Shown one piece after another: positions 59,042 through 64,000 of a stretch of 64,000 bases of DNA. The DNA is from the human T2T-CHM13v2.0 reference genome, Homo sapiens. Location: assembly GCF_009914755.1 (NCBI RefSeq), contig NC_060939.1. One strand, written 5' to 3'. The notes beneath the pieces are model-generated. The model saw only the letters and a list, made by a program, of their open reading frames with translations, had not been told where the DNA came from and searched no databases. Numbering within the stretch: the stretch's first letter is position 1; the number at the start of each line of letters is the position of its first letter. A program made the translations under genes and the position numbers.

Positions 59042-60141
59042 CTTGTAGTTGCTTTCGTACAATTTTGATTAAGTTTGCACAGCTTTGTATTTAGATTTTT
59101 GTCTTAATTTCCATTTGTATTTTTCTATGTCATTAAATAATCTTGTTAACAGCAGTTGATATTCAAATTATCTGATATAACTAAGAGACGAAGTATAGCA
59201 GAATACTACCTGTGAAGTCAAGAGAAGTTGGTAATTAAAAAAGTGTTGATCATCTGTGAACCTTTAAGTTGACATAAAATTATTTTAGTTCAGTTAAATA
59301 ATACATATTAAGTACTCCAGCCCTGTCACCTGCATTGTGGTTACAGAGATAAATAGAATGCAGACTTTGGCTTGAGGGGCATATACCTACATAAGAAAAA
59401 GACTGACAAATAGACAATAATAATAAGAGTTGGGAAGTGCTATGGGGTACATGCATGTACATGGTATACATATGGACAGAGTGTTTGGGAGATGAGAGGA
59501 GAAGCATTTTACCCAGCTTTGGTGGCTTTTTAGGTGGCAAGAGCTGGGCTGAGTTTTTAGCAATGACAAGAATTCGGCCAGATGAAGACTCGGTGTAGGA
59601 AAGGAAGAGCAGGTGTCCTAAATAGAGGTAACAACGTGTGTGGAGCTGGTGGTGTGGAACCTGAATTGATACTGGGTGGCAAATGAAGATTCAGGTGCAT
59701 TGACATAGGAAAACCCAAAAGCTGTTTGATAGGAGGGACCAAGCTACTTCTTAGTTATTAGATTCATTTTGGTCTCAAAGTATTGTATTTTTCTTGAATA
59801 GCAAACAGAAACTTATACATGTAGTATAGAGTCCATCACATGCCAATCTCTGGCAAAGCCAAGCCTTACTAATTGGACTGTGCTCAAGAAATCCTATTTT
59901 AGAAAAAAAGACAGAGTCAGCTTGTGTAGGCTTTGTATCAAACATAGTCAGAATTTAAAATAAGTTTTGTGACTTAAAGGGGGTAAACATTATTTACCCG
60001 AAAAATTCACTTACTTGGCTTTATAAAAAAGAAATATAGCTTTCAATTTTTCTGTTAGAAGGACTTTAAAAAAAAAGTAAATCTTGAACACAATCAAGTA
60101 TGTAAAACAAAAATAAGTGTAGCACCTCTGCTTGAAGGAAG

Positions 60142-60143
<2 letters not shown>

Positions 60144-60175
<32 letters not shown>
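60144..60175. repeat. (GT)n microsatellite
   Basis: Read directly. Confidence 0.95.
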
Positions 60176-60177
<2 letters not shown>

Positions 60178-60608
60178 AGAAGCATCCAGAGCTCAAACCA
60201 CTCAGCATGCCCCTTTGCCTGAAGAACCTAAAATTGCAGTATATAATTTACAAACTATTGAAGTAGATTGGAGGACTATGAGGGGTGAAAGTACTGACAG
60301 ATTTAATTGAAACATCCAAACCTTGGATTTTAGACATGGCCCTCAAAGAGTTGGCAAGGGATTGTAAATTTCCCAGGGTAGTGGGACTGAATAATTTCTC
60401 AGGCATTTCTAAAAATTCTGATGATTTTATCCCATGATGTGTTTTTTTGCCTAGAGAGGAACTCAACATAATAGGAACATCTTGGTCCTCCATTCATGAA
60501 AACGTAGTAAAATAATAACAAATATAAAGTTCATTACTTTTGGAACACTTTTTGTGTATCCTACACTGTGAATGCATTTTCTATTTATTATCTTAAAAAA
60601 TTTTAACT

Positions 60609-62530
<1,922 letters not shown>

Positions 62531-63634
62531 AATGTGACTTTCTTAGAGCCACATGGATAGTAGCAGAGATGTGGCCAGAACCCAGGTTCCCTGAATCTAG
62601 GTCTTTAGGACTTCCCCTACTGTTGTTTGTTAGTGCTCCATTGCCCCCTGTCTTCAATAACTGAGGCACCACTGTGTTCACACAGAGGTGTGATGGAGTT
62701 CACACTCTGAGTGCACCTGCATTTGAAAGGCAGAATTTGTTGTCCCCAATATTTTTGAACAAGGAGGTCATCCAGTGCTCCCTGCCCAACTGGTCATCCA
62801 GTTTTGCTTCTACTTCATCATTCCACTGAGTCTGGAAAAGAGGCAAACCCAGCCACAAAAACTTGCCTTCAGAATCACATGTTGTTTATACTTTACTTCA
62901 CACACTTTTCCTTATTAAACCACAGGGTTCCTTAAGAACCAAACCTCTTCTTTCAGGAAAAGAAAATGGGCTTGTGCACTGAACTGTACAAATTAAAAAA
63001 TATGAATTATGAAATGATGAATGTGAGAAGTCCAAACTTAGCTAAATTAATTTCTAAACTACATTCTATCTGCTGAGACTCTGATCACGATGCTTATTCA
63101 ATTCATACCTAAATTGCCATCTATTTAATTTTCTTTGCAGGAGTTGGTACTTAGTATACGTCAGAGCAAAATACTAAAAAAAAAATCAATGAGCAAAAAT
63201 ATTTTAAAATCACTTTCAAATGTGTTAAACATTATAAGTTTCATGCAATGTAAACCTGTGTAACTTATGTATACTGAGTCCCATATGGTCCCATCTTTGC
63301 ATGGTGGTGTATTTCAAGAAAGGTGTCTCAGAAACACAACTGAAGGTCATTAAAAGTAATTCCAATCTTTACTTGACAATTGATTAACATTAAAGTGGAT
63401 TCAATTCATAACTTATATTTCTTTCAATTTCTACCTGTCTCTTTCACACTTTGCAACTGCTCCCCAATCAAATGCCCCTCTCAACACCTATCCAATGACT
63501 TTTTCTATTTCATTCTCTTCCCCATCTCCTTCTGGATCCCCCTTTTCTCTCTCAGACATTTTCCTCCTCAAAATTTTACTCATATGCATAATAAAGGGGA
63601 TGGGGATGAACACCTCTTACCACCTTCTCTCTCT

Positions 63635-64000
<366 letters not shown>

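Overview
Primate (human-like) genomic DNA, dense in Alu, L1, L2, MIR, LTR and DNA-transposon remnants; I recognise no intact protein-coding gene. The first ~13 kb is a segmental-duplication mosaic. An unprocessed GOLGA2 (GM130)-family pseudogene lies on the minus strand (7 exons at 7534-10863, an intronic 7SL copy, and a detached 3'-UTR-like block at ~930-2570). It is interrupted by an intron-containing copy of the tail-to-tail SLIRP/SNW1 junction: the last two SLIRP exons on +, and the last two SNW1 exons plus 3'UTR on -. The rest is repeat-rich intergenic or intronic sequence. Notable small features are a 22-bp-period array of five palindromic GTACAnnnTGTAC steroid-receptor-like elements, a ~110-bp locally templated insertion inside an MST LTR, a twin-primed inverted L1, a pure (TTC)27 tract in an Alu tail, and an intact MADE1 hairpin. 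Homology calls and repeat subfamilies come from recalled reference sequences, not database searches. Chromosomal location is not established; a chr15 GOLGA2P-type locus is only a guess.
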